This document shows, one piece after another, positions 28,325 to 38,683 of a stretch of DNA of 64,000 nucleotides. The first letter of the stretch is position 1. The number at the start of each line of letters is the position of its first letter. The notes beneath the pieces were generated by a model. It did no database searches and was not told the origin of the DNA. It saw only the letters and a list, made by a program, of their open reading frames with translations. Both the position numbers and the translations under genes were made by a program. The DNA comes from Chloroflexota bacterium (GTDB lineage Bacteria > Chloroflexota > Dehalococcoidia > UBA2979): contig CANKAU010000003.1 in the NCBI GenBank assembly GCA_947479915.1, positions 41,359 through 105,358 of the forward strand, given 5' to 3'.

Positions 28325-28882
28325 ATGACCGACGAAATCCTCCTGGAGACCGAAGAGCGCATGGAACACGCCGTGCAGGCGTTCCGTCGCGATCTCGCCT
28401 CCGTCCGCACCGGACGGGCCTCCACCTCCCTCATCGAGCACATGGGCGTGGACCTGTACGGGCAGCGCATGCAGCTCATCCAGCTCGCCAACCTCGGCGC
28501 GCCGGAAGCGCAGTTGCTCACCGTCACGCCGTACGACCGCGGCTCTGTGGACGCGATCATGCGCGCCATCCAGCAGAGCGACCTGGGCATCACGCCCCAG
28601 AGCGATGGGCGCATCATCCGCCTGCCGATCCCCCCGCTCACCGAGCAGCGCCGCAAGGAGTTCGTGAAGCAGGTTCACACCAAGGCCGAGGAAGGCCGGG
28701 TGTCGATCCGCAACGCGCGCCGCCACGCCAATGACGAGCTGAAGAAGGCCGTCCGCGCCGCCGAGATCTCCGAGGACGACGAGCGCCGCGCCAACACGGA
28801 CGTCGAGCACCTCACCTCGAAGTACATCGACGAGCTGGACGCCGCTGCCCGGGAGAAGGAGCGCGAGCTCCTGGAGGTCTAG
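28325..28882 (+). CDS. frr: Ribosome recycling factor
   Basis: RTGRAS, PPLTEQRRKE, RVSIRNARR. Confidence 0.97.
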   Translation: MTDEILLETEERMEHAVQAFRRDLASVRTGRASTSLIEHMGVDLYGQRMQLIQLANLGAPEAQLLTVTPYDRGSVDAIMRAIQQSDLGITPQSDGRIIRLPIPPLTEQRRKEFVKQVHTKAEEGRVSIRNARRHANDELKKAVRAAEISEDDERRANTDVEHLTSKYIDELDAAAREKERELLEV

Positions 28883-28884
28883 CG

Positions 28885-29664
28885 TTGGTCGTGACGTCCC
28901 AGACCGCGCCGCCGCTGCCGGAGCTCACGTCCCGGCCGCGTCACGTCGCCATCATCATGGACGGCAACGGGCGCTGGGCGAACGGGCGTGGCCTCGGACG
29001 GTCCGAGGGGCACCGCGCGGGTGCCGAGGCGATCCGCCCCGTCATCGAACGGCTCGCGGAGCACGGCGTCGAGGTGCTCACGCTCTTCGGCTTCTCGACC
29101 GAGAACTGGGGCCGCCCCCGCGCCGAGGTCCAGACGATCCTCCGCCTCGGCGGCGAGTTCATCGACCGCTACCTCGAGGAACTGCACCAGCGCGGCGTGC
29201 AGCTGCGCCACCTGGGCGACCCGGAGCGACTGCCCGGCGTGCTGCAGAAGAAGGTGCGACAGGCCGTGGAGCGCACCGCGCACAACGACCGCATGATCGT
29301 GAACCTCGCGTTCAACTACGGCGGGCGCGCGGACATCGTCTCCGCGGTGCAGCGCCTGATCGCCGAGGGCGTCCCCGCCGAGCGCGTCACCGAGGAGGCG
29401 ATCACCGCCCGCCTCGCCACTGCGGGGCTGCCGGAGCCGGACCTGCTGATCCGCACCGGCGGTGAGCGACGGGTCTCCAACTTCCTCGTGTGGCAGAGCA
29501 GCTACTCCGAGTACTACTTCACCGACCGGCAGTGGCCGGACTTCGACGCCGCAGCCGTGGACGACGCGCTGCTCGAGTACGCCCAACGCCGCCGCCGCTT
29601 CGGCCGCGTGCTGGACGACGGCTCGCGGGACCCCGGGTCGGACGAGTCCGGCGCGAACGACTAG
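28885..29664 (+). CDS. uppS: Polyprenyl diphosphate synthase (cis-prenyltransferase)
   Basis: HVAIIMDGNGRWA, FSTENW, RTGGE.RVSNFL.WQ. Start may be GTG 28891. Confidence 0.95.
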   Translation: MVVTSQTAPPLPELTSRPRHVAIIMDGNGRWANGRGLGRSEGHRAGAEAIRPVIERLAEHGVEVLTLFGFSTENWGRPRAEVQTILRLGGEFIDRYLEELHQRGVQLRHLGDPERLPGVLQKKVRQAVERTAHNDRMIVNLAFNYGGRADIVSAVQRLIAEGVPAERVTEEAITARLATAGLPEPDLLIRTGGERRVSNFLVWQSSYSEYYFTDRQWPDFDAAAVDDALLEYAQRRRRFGRVLDDGSRDPGSDESGAND

Positions 29665-29670
29665 CCCGCC

Positions 29671-30459
29671 ATGCTGCGACAGCGACTCATGGTCGCGTCC
29701 GTTGGTCTCCCGCTCCTCGCGCTGCTGCTCTACGTCCCCGAGCCGGTGTTCGCCGTTGTCGTGATCGCCCTCCTCGCCTACGGCGCGTACGAGATGATGC
29801 ACGCCGCCGAGCCCGCCGCACCGCTCTCGTACGGACTGAGCGTCGCCGCCGGGGCCGCGCTGTTCCTCGCCCTGGCTCGCACCAGCCCGGAGGTGCCGCT
29901 CGGCCTGCTGCTGGGCACCACTGCCGTCACCGTCGCGCTGCTGCTCTGGCCCGCCGCGCGGCTGTCCGCGAGCGTCGGCGGGTGGTGGCTCGGCGCACTG
30001 CTCTATACGGCCGTCCCCGGCGCGCACCTCGTCCTCGCGCGGAACTTCGTCGACGGGCAGGCGTGGCTGGTGGTGCTGCTGGCGATCACCTTCGCCACGG
30101 ACACGGGCGCATACGCGTGCGGTCGCCTGTTCGGCCGCCACAAGCTCGCGCCCGCGATCTCGCCGAACAAGACCATCGAGGGCGCGATCGGCGGCCTCGC
30201 GCTCGGTGCGGCAGCGGCCATCGGCGTGCCGACGCTGCTGGGCGTTGCCACGAGGATGCCCGGCCCGTTGCTGCTCGCGGGCGTCGTCCCCGCAGCGGCG
30301 ATGATCGGCGACCTCGTGGAGTCGGCGCTCAAGCGGCGGCTTGGCGTGAAGGACATGTCGGGGCTACTGCCGGGCCACGGCGGACTGCTCGATCGCCTCG
30401 ACAGCCTGTTGCTCGCGGGGCCGTGCCTATACTGGATTGTGCGATGGTTGCAGGCATGA
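29671..30459 (+). CDS. cdsA: Phosphatidate cytidylyltransferase
   Basis: ISPNKT.EG, GDLVES.LKR..GVKD..G..PGHGGLLDRLDS. Confidence 0.95.
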   Translation: MLRQRLMVASVGLPLLALLLYVPEPVFAVVVIALLAYGAYEMMHAAEPAAPLSYGLSVAAGAALFLALARTSPEVPLGLLLGTTAVTVALLLWPAARLSASVGGWWLGALLYTAVPGAHLVLARNFVDGQAWLVVLLAITFATDTGAYACGRLFGRHKLAPAISPNKTIEGAIGGLALGAAAAIGVPTLLGVATRMPGPLLLAGVVPAAAMIGDLVESALKRRLGVKDMSGLLPGHGGLLDRLDSLLLAGPCLYWIVRWLQA

Positions 30460-31646
30460 CGAGCCCCCTTCCGACGCGCGTTGCCGTCCTCGGGTCCACC
30501 GGATCCGTGGGGGAGCAGGCGCTCGATGTTGTGCGCTCGATGCCGGATCGCTTTCGCATCACCTCGCTCGCCGCGGGCCTGAACACCGCCCGGCTGCGCG
30601 ACCAGATCGCCGAGTTCCACCCCGCCACCGCGAACGCGCGCCCCGGCCGCGAGGTCGATGCACTGCGCACCGCGTTCCCCGACGTCGCATGGCCGAGCCT
30701 CGACGAGATCGCCGTGCGCGACGACGTCGACGTGCTCCTCGTCGCGACGAGCGGGCTCGCGGGCCTCGCACCGACAATCGCCGCGCTGCGTGCGGGCAAG
30801 AAGGTCGCCATCGCGAACAAGGAGACGCTGGTCGTGGGCGGCCATGCCGTGCGCGCCGCTCTCGCCGAGGGCGCACCGCGCGGCGCGGAGCTGCGCCCCG
30901 TGGACTCCGAGCACTCCGCGATCTGGCAGTGCCTCTGGGGCGAGGCCCCGGAGAGCATCGACCGGCTCACGCTGACCGCCTCGGGCGGCGCGTTCCGCGA
31001 TCACGACACGTCGGCGCTGGACGCGGTGACGCCCGCCGAGGCGCTGGCCCACCCCACGTGGAAGATGGGCCCGAAGATCACGATCGACAGCGCCACGCTC
31101 TTCAACAAGGGCCTCGAGGCAATCGAGGCGCGCTGGCTCTTCGACATCCCCCTCGACCGCGTCGACATCCTGCTGCACCGCGAGAGCGTGGTGCATTCGA
31201 TGGTCACGTTCCGCGACGGCTCGGTGAAGGCGCAGCTCGGCGAGCCCGACATGCGCCTGCCGATCCAGGTCGCGATCGCCTACCCCGACCGCGCGCCCGC
31301 GCGCCCGGCACCGCCGTTGGACCTCGCGCTCCGCGGATCGCTGCACTTCGGCGCGATCAGCGTGGAGCGCTACCCGGCGCTCGGCGTCGCGCTGGAGGCC
31401 GGGCGGCGCGACGACACCTCGGCGGCGGCCGTCGCCGGGGCGGACGAGGCCGCCGTGGCGCACTTCCTCGCGGGGCGCTGCACCTTCACCGACATCCCTC
31501 GCCTCCTCGCGCGCGCGCTCGAGGCGCACGCGCCAGACGCGACACCCGACCTCGACGCGCTGCTGGCGGCGGAGACGTGGGGTCGACGATTCGTCGACGA
31601 GATCATCGCGACCGGGTCCCTGGTAATGAACGGAAGTTCGTCATGA
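30456..31646 (+). CDS. dxr: 1-deoxy-D-xylulose-5-phosphate reductoisomerase
   Basis: LGSTGSVG, ANKE, PVDSEH, TASGG, MGPKITIDSA. Confidence 0.96.
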   Translation: MTSPLPTRVAVLGSTGSVGEQALDVVRSMPDRFRITSLAAGLNTARLRDQIAEFHPATANARPGREVDALRTAFPDVAWPSLDEIAVRDDVDVLLVATSGLAGLAPTIAALRAGKKVAIANKETLVVGGHAVRAALAEGAPRGAELRPVDSEHSAIWQCLWGEAPESIDRLTLTASGGAFRDHDTSALDAVTPAEALAHPTWKMGPKITIDSATLFNKGLEAIEARWLFDIPLDRVDILLHRESVVHSMVTFRDGSVKAQLGEPDMRLPIQVAIAYPDRAPARPAPPLDLALRGSLHFGAISVERYPALGVALEAGRRDDTSAAAVAGADEAAVAHFLAGRCTFTDIPRLLARALEAHAPDATPDLDALLAAETWGRRFVDEIIATGSLVMNGSSS

Positions 31647-32875
31647 ACGAGAACTGGCGCGAGCACACTCCCCTGAGCACCCCGAAGCCCCCCGAGGGGC
31701 CCGAGAAGAACGGGCGACAGAGCCTGATCTCGCTCGGCCTCGTGATCGTCGGCGTGATCGCGATGGCGATCTTCGCGCGCAGCGCGCTGCAGAGCACGGC
31801 GCTGTTCCTTTTCATCCTGCTGGGCCTGGTCATGGCGCACGAGGCGGCGCACTTCTTCACGGCGAAGGCGTTCGGCATCTTCGTGCACGAGTTTGCCTTC
31901 GGCTTCCCGCCGCGCATCTGGGGCAAGCGCATCGGCGAGACGCTGTACTCGATCAACTGGCTGCCCGTCGGCGGCTTCGTGCGCCTCGAGGGCGAAGAGT
32001 CGGCCGAGGGGCCGCGCTCGTTCGCCTCGCAGGCCGCGTGGAAGCGCCTGATCGTGCTGGCCGCGGGCGCGATCACCAACCTGCTCCTGCCGATCATCCT
32101 GTTCGCGTTCGCGCTGACATTCCCGCACCAGGTGCCGGAGGGGCGCGCCGTGGTCACCGGCATCCAGTCCGGCACGCCTGCCGAGACCGCCGGCCTGAAG
32201 ACCGGCGACGTGATCCTCAGCGTGGCGGGCCGCCCCGCGAACAACATCGTCGAGGCTTCCCGCTTCGTGCGGCTGAACCAGGGCAAGACGTTCGACCTCG
32301 AAGTGCGGCGCGACGGACAGGTCACGCACGTCAACGTCTACGGGCGCTGGGCGCCGCCTCCGGGCCAGGGCCCCACCGGCATCAGCATCGCGCCGCAGAC
32401 GGTCGCGCCCGACGGAAAGCCGTACACGATCACCGAGCAGCAGCCCCCGTGGGAGGCGCTCCCGAACGCCACGCGCATGACGTGGGACACGATGATCCTC
32501 GCGCGGAACGAGGTCGTCGGGTGGTTCAAGGGCACCGGCGGCCCGCAGCTTGCCGGCCCGGTCGGCATCGCGCAGACCACCGGCGAGGTCGCCCGCTCGT
32601 CGGAGACGACCGTCGGCGCGATCTCGCCGCTGCTGGAGCTCGCCGCGCTGCTGTCGATCAACCTCGGCATCATGAACCTGCTCCCGCTGCCCATGCTGGA
32701 CGGCGGCCGCATCTTCTTCCTGCTGATTGAGGTGGTGCGCGGCGGCAAGCGCATCGCCCCAGAGCGGGAGGCGATCGTGCACACGGTGGGCTTCGTCGCC
32801 TTCCTCGTGCTGGCGATCGTCGTGACGTTCGCCGACATCTCGCGGCTCATCGGCGGCGGTCCGTCGCTGCCGTAG
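31643..32875 (+). CDS. rseP: RseP/RasP M50 intramembrane metalloprotease with PDZ
   Basis: HEAAH, GGFVRL, NLLPLPMLDGG. Confidence 0.93.
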   Translation: MNENWREHTPLSTPKPPEGPEKNGRQSLISLGLVIVGVIAMAIFARSALQSTALFLFILLGLVMAHEAAHFFTAKAFGIFVHEFAFGFPPRIWGKRIGETLYSINWLPVGGFVRLEGEESAEGPRSFASQAAWKRLIVLAAGAITNLLLPIILFAFALTFPHQVPEGRAVVTGIQSGTPAETAGLKTGDVILSVAGRPANNIVEASRFVRLNQGKTFDLEVRRDGQVTHVNVYGRWAPPPGQGPTGISIAPQTVAPDGKPYTITEQQPPWEALPNATRMTWDTMILARNEVVGWFKGTGGPQLAGPVGIAQTTGEVARSSETTVGAISPLLELAALLSINLGIMNLLPLPMLDGGRIFFLLIEVVRGGKRIAPEREAIVHTVGFVAFLVLAIVVTFADISRLIGGGPSLP

Positions 32876-32929
32876 CGGGCGTAATATGATCCTCGACGGG
32901 CCGTCCCATCCCGGCCCCGGGAGTCTTCG

Positions 32930-33502
32930 ATGACCGCCTCCCCCGAGGCACTCGCTCCCACCCACCGACCGAGCCCACGCGCGGTCGTGCTCGCTATCCT
33001 CGGCATGGCGTTGCTAGGGCTGCTTGCCGTCGGAACGATGCAGTACGCGATGCCGCAGGGGGATGAGGCGCGGGGGATCGCGCCACTGCCGAAGGCGGTC
33101 GGCGCGACGTCAATAATCCTCGGTGGTCGCGAGATCTGGCTGACGCGCTCCGCGAACGGCGAACTACACGCGATCGACAATCGGTATGCGTACCGGAGTG
33201 GCCTCGCGTATCTGCCGCCGGACTCCGTTAATGCCCCGATCCGCGCGTGCTTCCCGGACGGGGCATTCACCCCAGCGGCGCCGTATGGGTATCCATTCTT
33301 CGCCCTCGATGGAACCCGTTGGAGCGCGCTCAGTCCGATGCAATGGCGTTACCCGGTTCGGATCGAGAGTGATCGGGTCCATGTGAATCTGAGCGATGGG
33401 ATGGCGGTAGACAGCCGACCTCTGCAACTCGTCCCCGATCCCGACTCACCCGAGAGATTCTGGGTGCGGTACGAGTGCCTCACTTCAAATCCCTCGTCCT
33501 AA
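32930..33502 (+). CDS. Membrane-anchored Rieske-fold-like protein lacking Fe-S ligands
   Basis: N-terminal TM; IWLTR..GELHAIDNR, F.LDG, RYPVRIE...V.V pattern of Rieske domains. Confidence 0.55.
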   Translation: MTASPEALAPTHRPSPRAVVLAILGMALLGLLAVGTMQYAMPQGDEARGIAPLPKAVGATSIILGGREIWLTRSANGELHAIDNRYAYRSGLAYLPPDSVNAPIRACFPDGAFTPAAPYGYPFFALDGTRWSALSPMQWRYPVRIESDRVHVNLSDGMAVDSRPLQLVPDPDSPERFWVRYECLTSNPSS

Positions 33503-33568
33503 CCAACCTCGGCTCCGCCTGCGATACCCTGTCCTCGCCAGCACCGATCGACTGAACGAGGTACCTCG

Positions 33569-34738
33569 ATGGCCCCGATCCGCCGCAAGCCCACCCGCGC
33601 CGTCCGCGTCGGCGCCGTCCAGATCGGCGGCGGCGCGCCGATCGCCGTGCAGTCGATGGCCGCGACCAAGACGCAGGACATCGAGGCGACCGCACGGCAG
33701 GTGCAGCTCATCAACGCCGCGGGCGCGGACATCATCCGCATCGCCTGCGACTCCCGGAAGGACGTCGAGGCGCTCGCCGAGGTACGCGCGCGCACGCGTG
33801 ACCTCAACGACGGTCGCGGCGCGACGCTATCGGTGGACCTGCAGGAGAACTACCGCCTCTCCGAGATCGTGGCGCCGCACGTGGACAAGATCCGGTACAA
33901 CCCCGGCCACCTGCACCACCACGAGAAGGACAAGTCGATCCGCGACAAGGTCGCGTACATCGCCGACATCGCGGTGAAGCACGACATCGCGCTGCGCGTC
34001 GGCGTGAACTGCGGCTCGGTCGACCCGGAGAAGGCCGCGAAGTTCGGCCACGACGACGTCGGCGCAATGGTGGAGAGCGCCCTCGAGCACGCGCAGATGC
34101 TCGACGACCTCGGCTTCACGAGGTACGTGGTGTCGCTGAAGGACTCCGACTGGCGCAAGGTCGTGGAGGGCAACCGCCGCTTCTCGTCGCAGCGCCCCGA
34201 CGTCCCGTTGCACCTCGGCGTGACCGAGGCAGGCATGCCGCCCGACGGCATCATCAAGACGCGCATCGCCTTCGAGCAGCTGCTCGCAGAGGGCATCGGC
34301 GACACGATCCGCGTCTCCCTCACGCTGCCGTTCGAGGACAAGGGCCAGGAGATCACCGTCGGCCGCGACCTGATCGCTGACATTGAGGCCGGTCGCTTCC
34401 GCTCAGTGCCGCTGAACTTCGGCGAGGGGCTGAACATCATCTCGTGCCCCTCGTGCTCCCGCGTTGAGAACGAGCAGTTCATCGTCCTCGCACAGGATCT
34501 GAAGAAGATGACCGAGTACGCGAAGGATTACCGCGTCACGATCGCCGTGATGGGCTGCCGCGTGAACGGCCCCGGTGAGACGGACGACGCGGACATCGGC
34601 CTGTGGTGCGGCCCGCTGGGCGTGAACCTGAAGCACGGCGAGGAAGTCGTGGGCCACTTCCCGTACGACCAGGTGCTGGACCAGGCGCACGCGCTCCTCG
34701 ACCGCGTCATCCGCGACAAAGGGCTCGCGCCCGCGTAG
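33569..34738 (+). CDS. ispG: HMBPP synthase
   Basis: [55 protein letters not shown]. Confidence 0.96.
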   Translation: MAPIRRKPTRAVRVGAVQIGGGAPIAVQSMAATKTQDIEATARQVQLINAAGADIIRIACDSRKDVEALAEVRARTRDLNDGRGATLSVDLQENYRLSEIVAPHVDKIRYNPGHLHHHEKDKSIRDKVAYIADIAVKHDIALRVGVNCGSVDPEKAAKFGHDDVGAMVESALEHAQMLDDLGFTRYVVSLKDSDWRKVVEGNRRFSSQRPDVPLHLGVTEAGMPPDGIIKTRIAFEQLLAEGIGDTIRVSLTLPFEDKGQEITVGRDLIADIEAGRFRSVPLNFGEGLNIISCPSCSRVENEQFIVLAQDLKKMTEYAKDYRVTIAVMGCRVNGPGETDDADIGLWCGPLGVNLKHGEEVVGHFPYDQVLDQAHALLDRVIRDKGLAPA

Positions 34739-34756
34739 CGCCGAGGGGGAGGGGAA

Positions 34757-34851
34757 GCCCTCACCCCAACCCTCTCCCGCTTCGCAGGAGAGGGAGCCGG
34801 AATCGGATTTCAGAACCCTCGCCCGTTTACGGGAGAGGGCAGGGTGAGGGC
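34757..34851. repeat. REP-like nested palindromic element (CCCTCACCC..CCCTCTCCC/GGGAGAGGG..GGGTGAGGG)
   Basis: Two inverted units, each with its own CCCTCTCCC/GGGAGAGGG-type hairpin, separated by a ~20-nt spacer. Confidence 0.75.
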
Positions 34852-34884
34852 CTCCGCCCGTCACACCTCGAACAGCGAGCGCAC

Positions 34885-35823
34885 ATGACCAACGCCCTGC
34901 CACCTGCCGCGCTCTCCACGATGTGGGCCGTGCAGCCGCGCTTCGAGCGCGACCTCGGCGCGTTCCTCGATCGCACCGCGGAGCTGGGCTACGAGGCCGT
35001 CGAGATCAACCACTCGATGACCGCCGAGCATGCCGGCGCGATCATGGGCTACGCGTCGCTGCCGGTGACCGGCGTGCACGCGCCCGCGCCGCTGGAGCGT
35101 CACCCCACCGCCGGCTGGAACCGCGAGATGAACCTCGCGGCGACTGACGAGGCCGAGCGCGCGCTGGCCGTCGGCTACCACCAGCGCTCGATCGATCTCG
35201 CGGCCGACGCAGGCGCGCGGATCGTCGTCGTCCACCTCGGCGGTGTGGGGTCGAGGATGCTCGCGGGCGAGCGCCGCCTGCGCTCGATGTACGACCGCCG
35301 CGACTCCCTGTCGGCCGAGTGGCAGGCCGCCGTGGACGACACACTGAAGGAGCGCGCCGCGATCGCCGCCCCGTGGCTGGAGCAGGCGCGACGCAGCCTG
35401 GAGGAGATGGCGGAGACCGCCGCTGCGCGCGGCATCACGCTCTCCATCGAGACGCGGCTGCACTATCACGAGATCCCGCTGCCCTTCGAGCTCGCGAACC
35501 TCCTGCTCCCGTACCCCTCGGAGGTCGCGGGGTACCAGCACGACGTCGGCCACGCCGAGGTGCACCACCGGCTCGGCGTCACGGATCGCAGCGCGTGGTG
35601 GGATCTGCTGGGCGACCGCCTCGTCGGTCTGCACCTGCACGACGTGCGAGGGCTGACGGATCACCGCGCGCCCGGCAACGGCGACGTGGACTATGCCTGG
35701 CTGGCGGAACGCATCGCCGCCGCCACGCCGAACGCCGCTCGCACGTTCGAGATCGATCAGCACGAGTCGGACGAGGACGTCGCGCGCGGGCTGCGCTTGC
35801 TGCGGGAGCACGGCATCGCATAG
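34885..35823 (+). CDS. Sugar phosphate isomerase/epimerase (xylose isomerase-like TIM barrel)
   Basis: VEI, VHAP, VVHLG, SIET, HDVGH, HLHD, DHRAPG.GDVD, FEI. Confidence 0.85.
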   Translation: MTNALPPAALSTMWAVQPRFERDLGAFLDRTAELGYEAVEINHSMTAEHAGAIMGYASLPVTGVHAPAPLERHPTAGWNREMNLAATDEAERALAVGYHQRSIDLAADAGARIVVVHLGGVGSRMLAGERRLRSMYDRRDSLSAEWQAAVDDTLKERAAIAAPWLEQARRSLEEMAETAAARGITLSIETRLHYHEIPLPFELANLLLPYPSEVAGYQHDVGHAEVHHRLGVTDRSAWWDLLGDRLVGLHLHDVRGLTDHRAPGNGDVDYAWLAERIAAATPNAARTFEIDQHESDEDVARGLRLLREHGIA

Positions 35824-35934
35824 GCGCGTCGAGCCTGCTCAGAATCGCGCATTCCTGCGTCGGACATCCTTGCGGACCGCGTGCGCGATCTCGTAGCGTC
35901 CGCCGCCGTTGCGCCAATTCCGGAAGGACTCGAG

Positions 35935-36708
35935 ATGAAATCGAAGTTCGACGACGCCGCGGCGTCATACACGCGGGTGCGCCCGGAGTACCCGCCTCCA
36001 CTCATCGACGCGCTCTTCGACCGCGTGCCGGAACACGACCCGCTCCGCACCCTCGAGGTCGGCCCGGCGACGGGACAGCTCACCGGCGCGCTGCTCGGGC
36101 GCGGCGCGCACGTTACCGCTGTTGAACTGGGACCGAACCTCGCCGAGAACCTCGCACGGCGCTTCCGGCGACAACCGAACCTCAGCATCGTGAACGCGCG
36201 CTTCGAGGACGCCCCGGTCGCCGAGGGTGCGTGGGACCTCGTGGTCTCGGCGACGGCGTATCACTGGGTGACGCCTGAGGCACGGATGACGAGGCCGCAC
36301 CGACTGCTGGTTCCGGGCGGGCTGTTGGCGATCATCGACACCGTGCAGATCGCGTCGCCGGTGGATCGCGGGTACTTCGAGCGCAGCCACCCGATCTACC
36401 AGAAGTACTGGCCGCAGCAGGGCCCCTACGAGTTCGGGCCCGCCGAGGACGCCGACCACTGGGCCGCCGCCGAGATGCGCGAGTCGCCGCACTTCCAGGA
36501 CGTCGAACTCCAGCACTGGCGTTGGGACGAGATCTACACCGTCGACCGCTACGAGGATCTCCTGCGGTCGTACTCGAACACGAACGACCTGCCGCCGGAC
36601 GCGCGTGAGCGCTTCATCGCGGACATCCGCGCGATGGTGTCGGCGGAAGAGGGCGGCATGGTAATCCGCCCGCGCGTCGCGGTGCTGGTGACCGGGCGGC
36701 GCGTCTAG
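35935..36708 (+). CDS. Class I SAM-dependent methyltransferase
   Basis: FD..A..Y...RPEYP, LEVGPATG, DLVVSATAYHW. Confidence 0.9.
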   Translation: MKSKFDDAAASYTRVRPEYPPPLIDALFDRVPEHDPLRTLEVGPATGQLTGALLGRGAHVTAVELGPNLAENLARRFRRQPNLSIVNARFEDAPVAEGAWDLVVSATAYHWVTPEARMTRPHRLLVPGGLLAIIDTVQIASPVDRGYFERSHPIYQKYWPQQGPYEFGPAEDADHWAAAEMRESPHFQDVELQHWRWDEIYTVDRYEDLLRSYSNTNDLPPDARERFIADIRAMVSAEEGGMVIRPRVAVLVTGRRV

Positions 36709-37328
36709 GCGAGGAACCGGGGAGGCACGGGCACGGCACGCGAGGGGTTGGTCCGGTCGCCGAGTTCACCGTTCGTCGCGTCCACAATGACCTCGCCGAT
36801 GCTCGTGATGTGGACGCGGAACGTGGTGAGCGATCGTGGGGCCGGCCCGAAGATGCGGACGCCCGCCCTTGTGTAGGTCGAGCCGTGGCAGGCGCATCGG
36901 AACCAGCCCTGCTGACCCTCAAAGTCGAAGCCCGGGTTCCAGCGCAACGTGCACTGGAGGTGAGCGCATTGAGCGTCCATCGCGAGAATCCCGTTGCCCC
37001 CATCGCTCCCGTTACGCGCGGCGTCCGCAGGGTCGAGGTGCACGATCTGCAGGCGACGGAGCAAGCCGTTCGCGTCCTTGATTTCGAAGTGAACGGGCGC
37101 GCCACCGCGCACGAAATCGCCGGTGCTCCCCACGCGCAGCGCCGCCGCATACGGCCCGGTCGGCGTCAAGAAGTCTGAGAACAGCTTCCCCGCGCCCGGC
37201 ACGACTCCGCCGAGCCCGACCGCGAACAGGAAGCGCGCGAAGCCTCGACGGGAGGTCGAGGTGCGCAGGGCGACGGGGCCGTCGTCGGGATCATGTGGTG
37301 CGTCGAAGTGCGACTCGGAGTGCGGCAT
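36705..37328 (-). CDS. Tat-exported Rieske 2Fe-2S protein (PetC/QcrA-like)
   Basis: SRRGF Tat motif; CAHLQC and CACHGS ligands; GPAPRSL. Confidence 0.9.
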   Translation of the reverse strand: MPHSESHFDAPHDPDDGPVALRTSTSRRGFARFLFAVGLGGVVPGAGKLFSDFLTPTGPYAAALRVGSTGDFVRGGAPVHFEIKDANGLLRRLQIVHLDPADAARNGSDGGNGILAMDAQCAHLQCTLRWNPGFDFEGQQGWFRCACHGSTYTRAGVRIFGPAPRSLTTFRVHITSIGEVIVDATNGELGDRTNPSRAVPVPPRFLA

Positions 37329-37352
37329 CGAAGCCCCCTCGGCGGGAGCGTA

Positions 37353-38117
37353 CTACACCGCCGCGCCACCGAGGCCCGAGAGCAGCCAGCCGACCGCGTA
37401 GGCGAGGAGCGCGGCGCCGCCGCCGAGGCCGAGCGTCTCGAGGCCCGACCACCACCACGACTCATCCACCACGCGCGCCTTCGCGGCGCCCGTGGCGAAG
37501 AACGTGACCGCCGTCATGCCGGCGCTCCACCACAGCGCGTTCCCGATCGCCCCCGGCACGATGAGATCGATCACGAACACCACCAGCGGCACCGAGCCCG
37601 CGATCATGAACGCGATGAACGTGGAGACGCCGGCGCGGATCGCGGAGCGCCCGTGCACGGGCAGCCCGTGCTCCTCGCGCAGCATCGTCTCCACCCACAG
37701 GTGCTCGTCCGCCGTGATCACCTCGACAACGCGGTCGAGGGTGTCGCCGGTGATGCCCTTCGCCTCGAAGATCTGGCGCACCTCTTCGCGCTCGCCCTCC
37801 GGGATCGCGCGGACGTGGGCGTGCTCCTCGGCGCGCAGGCGCTCGCGGCGCTGCTCCTCCGAGCGGTTCCCGAGGTAGTTGCTCACCGCCATGCTGAAGC
37901 CGTCCGCGAACAGGTTGGCCATGCCGAACAGCAGCACGAGGCCCGCCGACAGGCCCGCCCCCGCCGCGCCCGCGACCACCGCGAACGTGGTGACTGCGCC
38001 GTCGATGGCGCCGTAGATGAAGTCCTGCAGATAGGAGTGGTCGGGACCGTCGTTCAGCCGATCGCGAATCGCGTCCGGTGTGTGCGAGGGCTCCAGGTGC
38101 TCACGGGTCACGCTCAT
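37353..38117 (-). CDS. VIT1/CCC1 family Fe/Mn transporter
   Basis: YGAIDG.VTTF, ANLFADGFSMA, EEH; multiple TMs. Confidence 0.92.
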   Translation of the reverse strand: MSVTREHLEPSHTPDAIRDRLNDGPDHSYLQDFIYGAIDGAVTTFAVVAGAAGAGLSAGLVLLFGMANLFADGFSMAVSNYLGNRSEEQRRERLRAEEHAHVRAIPEGEREEVRQIFEAKGITGDTLDRVVEVITADEHLWVETMLREEHGLPVHGRSAIRAGVSTFIAFMIAGSVPLVVFVIDLIVPGAIGNALWWSAGMTAVTFFATGAAKARVVDESWWWSGLETLGLGGGAALLAYAVGWLLSGLGGAAV

Positions 38118-38135
38118 GCCCACAGAATGCCGCGA

Positions 38136-38627
38136 TCAGGCCCGCGGCACCATACGCGTTTCGAGCAGTGGCAGCGGCTCGCCGGCCGCCTCGCAGCGCT
38201 CCGCCTCGGCGCGGACGTCCTCGACCATCGCCATGAACGAGGCGATGTCGATGCCGCGGTGCGTCGTCCCGTGCCGCCCGATGCGCTCCAGCGCCCGCCC
38301 CAGGAGCGCATTCGCCCCGTGCGCGTTGCCGCGCAGCCAGTGCGTGTACCCCGCGCCGAGCTGGGCGAGGCCCTTGAAGAACTCCTCGTCGCCGGTGCCC
38401 TTGCAGCGCGCCCAGCACGTCTCCCATGCCTCGTGCGCGCCGAAGTAGTTGCCCGCGCCGAAGAACGCGATCGCGGCCTCGTGCCCCTCGTCGATGCTCA
38501 TCGCGTCGAAGTCGGGGAGAACGAGGCGGCTCGGGGTGCCATCGGGCAGCGGCCGTCCCGCCTCGTCACGCGGGCGCGGCGGCTTGGGGTCGAGCGGGGG
38601 CGGCCAGACGTCGGGTGGCTGAGTCAT
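38136..38627 (-). CDS. DUF309 family protein
   Basis: F..GNYF.AHEAWE..W, KGL.Q....H..RGN. Confidence 0.88.
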   Translation of the reverse strand: MTQPPDVWPPPLDPKPPRPRDEAGRPLPDGTPSRLVLPDFDAMSIDEGHEAAIAFFGAGNYFGAHEAWETCWARCKGTGDEEFFKGLAQLGAGYTHWLRGNAHGANALLGRALERIGRHGTTHRGIDIASFMAMVEDVRAEAERCEAAGEPLPLLETRMVPRA

Positions 38628-38683
38628 GCCCCCATCGTAGCGAGCGCCTAGCCCCGCGCCTCGCGCGCCCGTAGACTCGCGGC

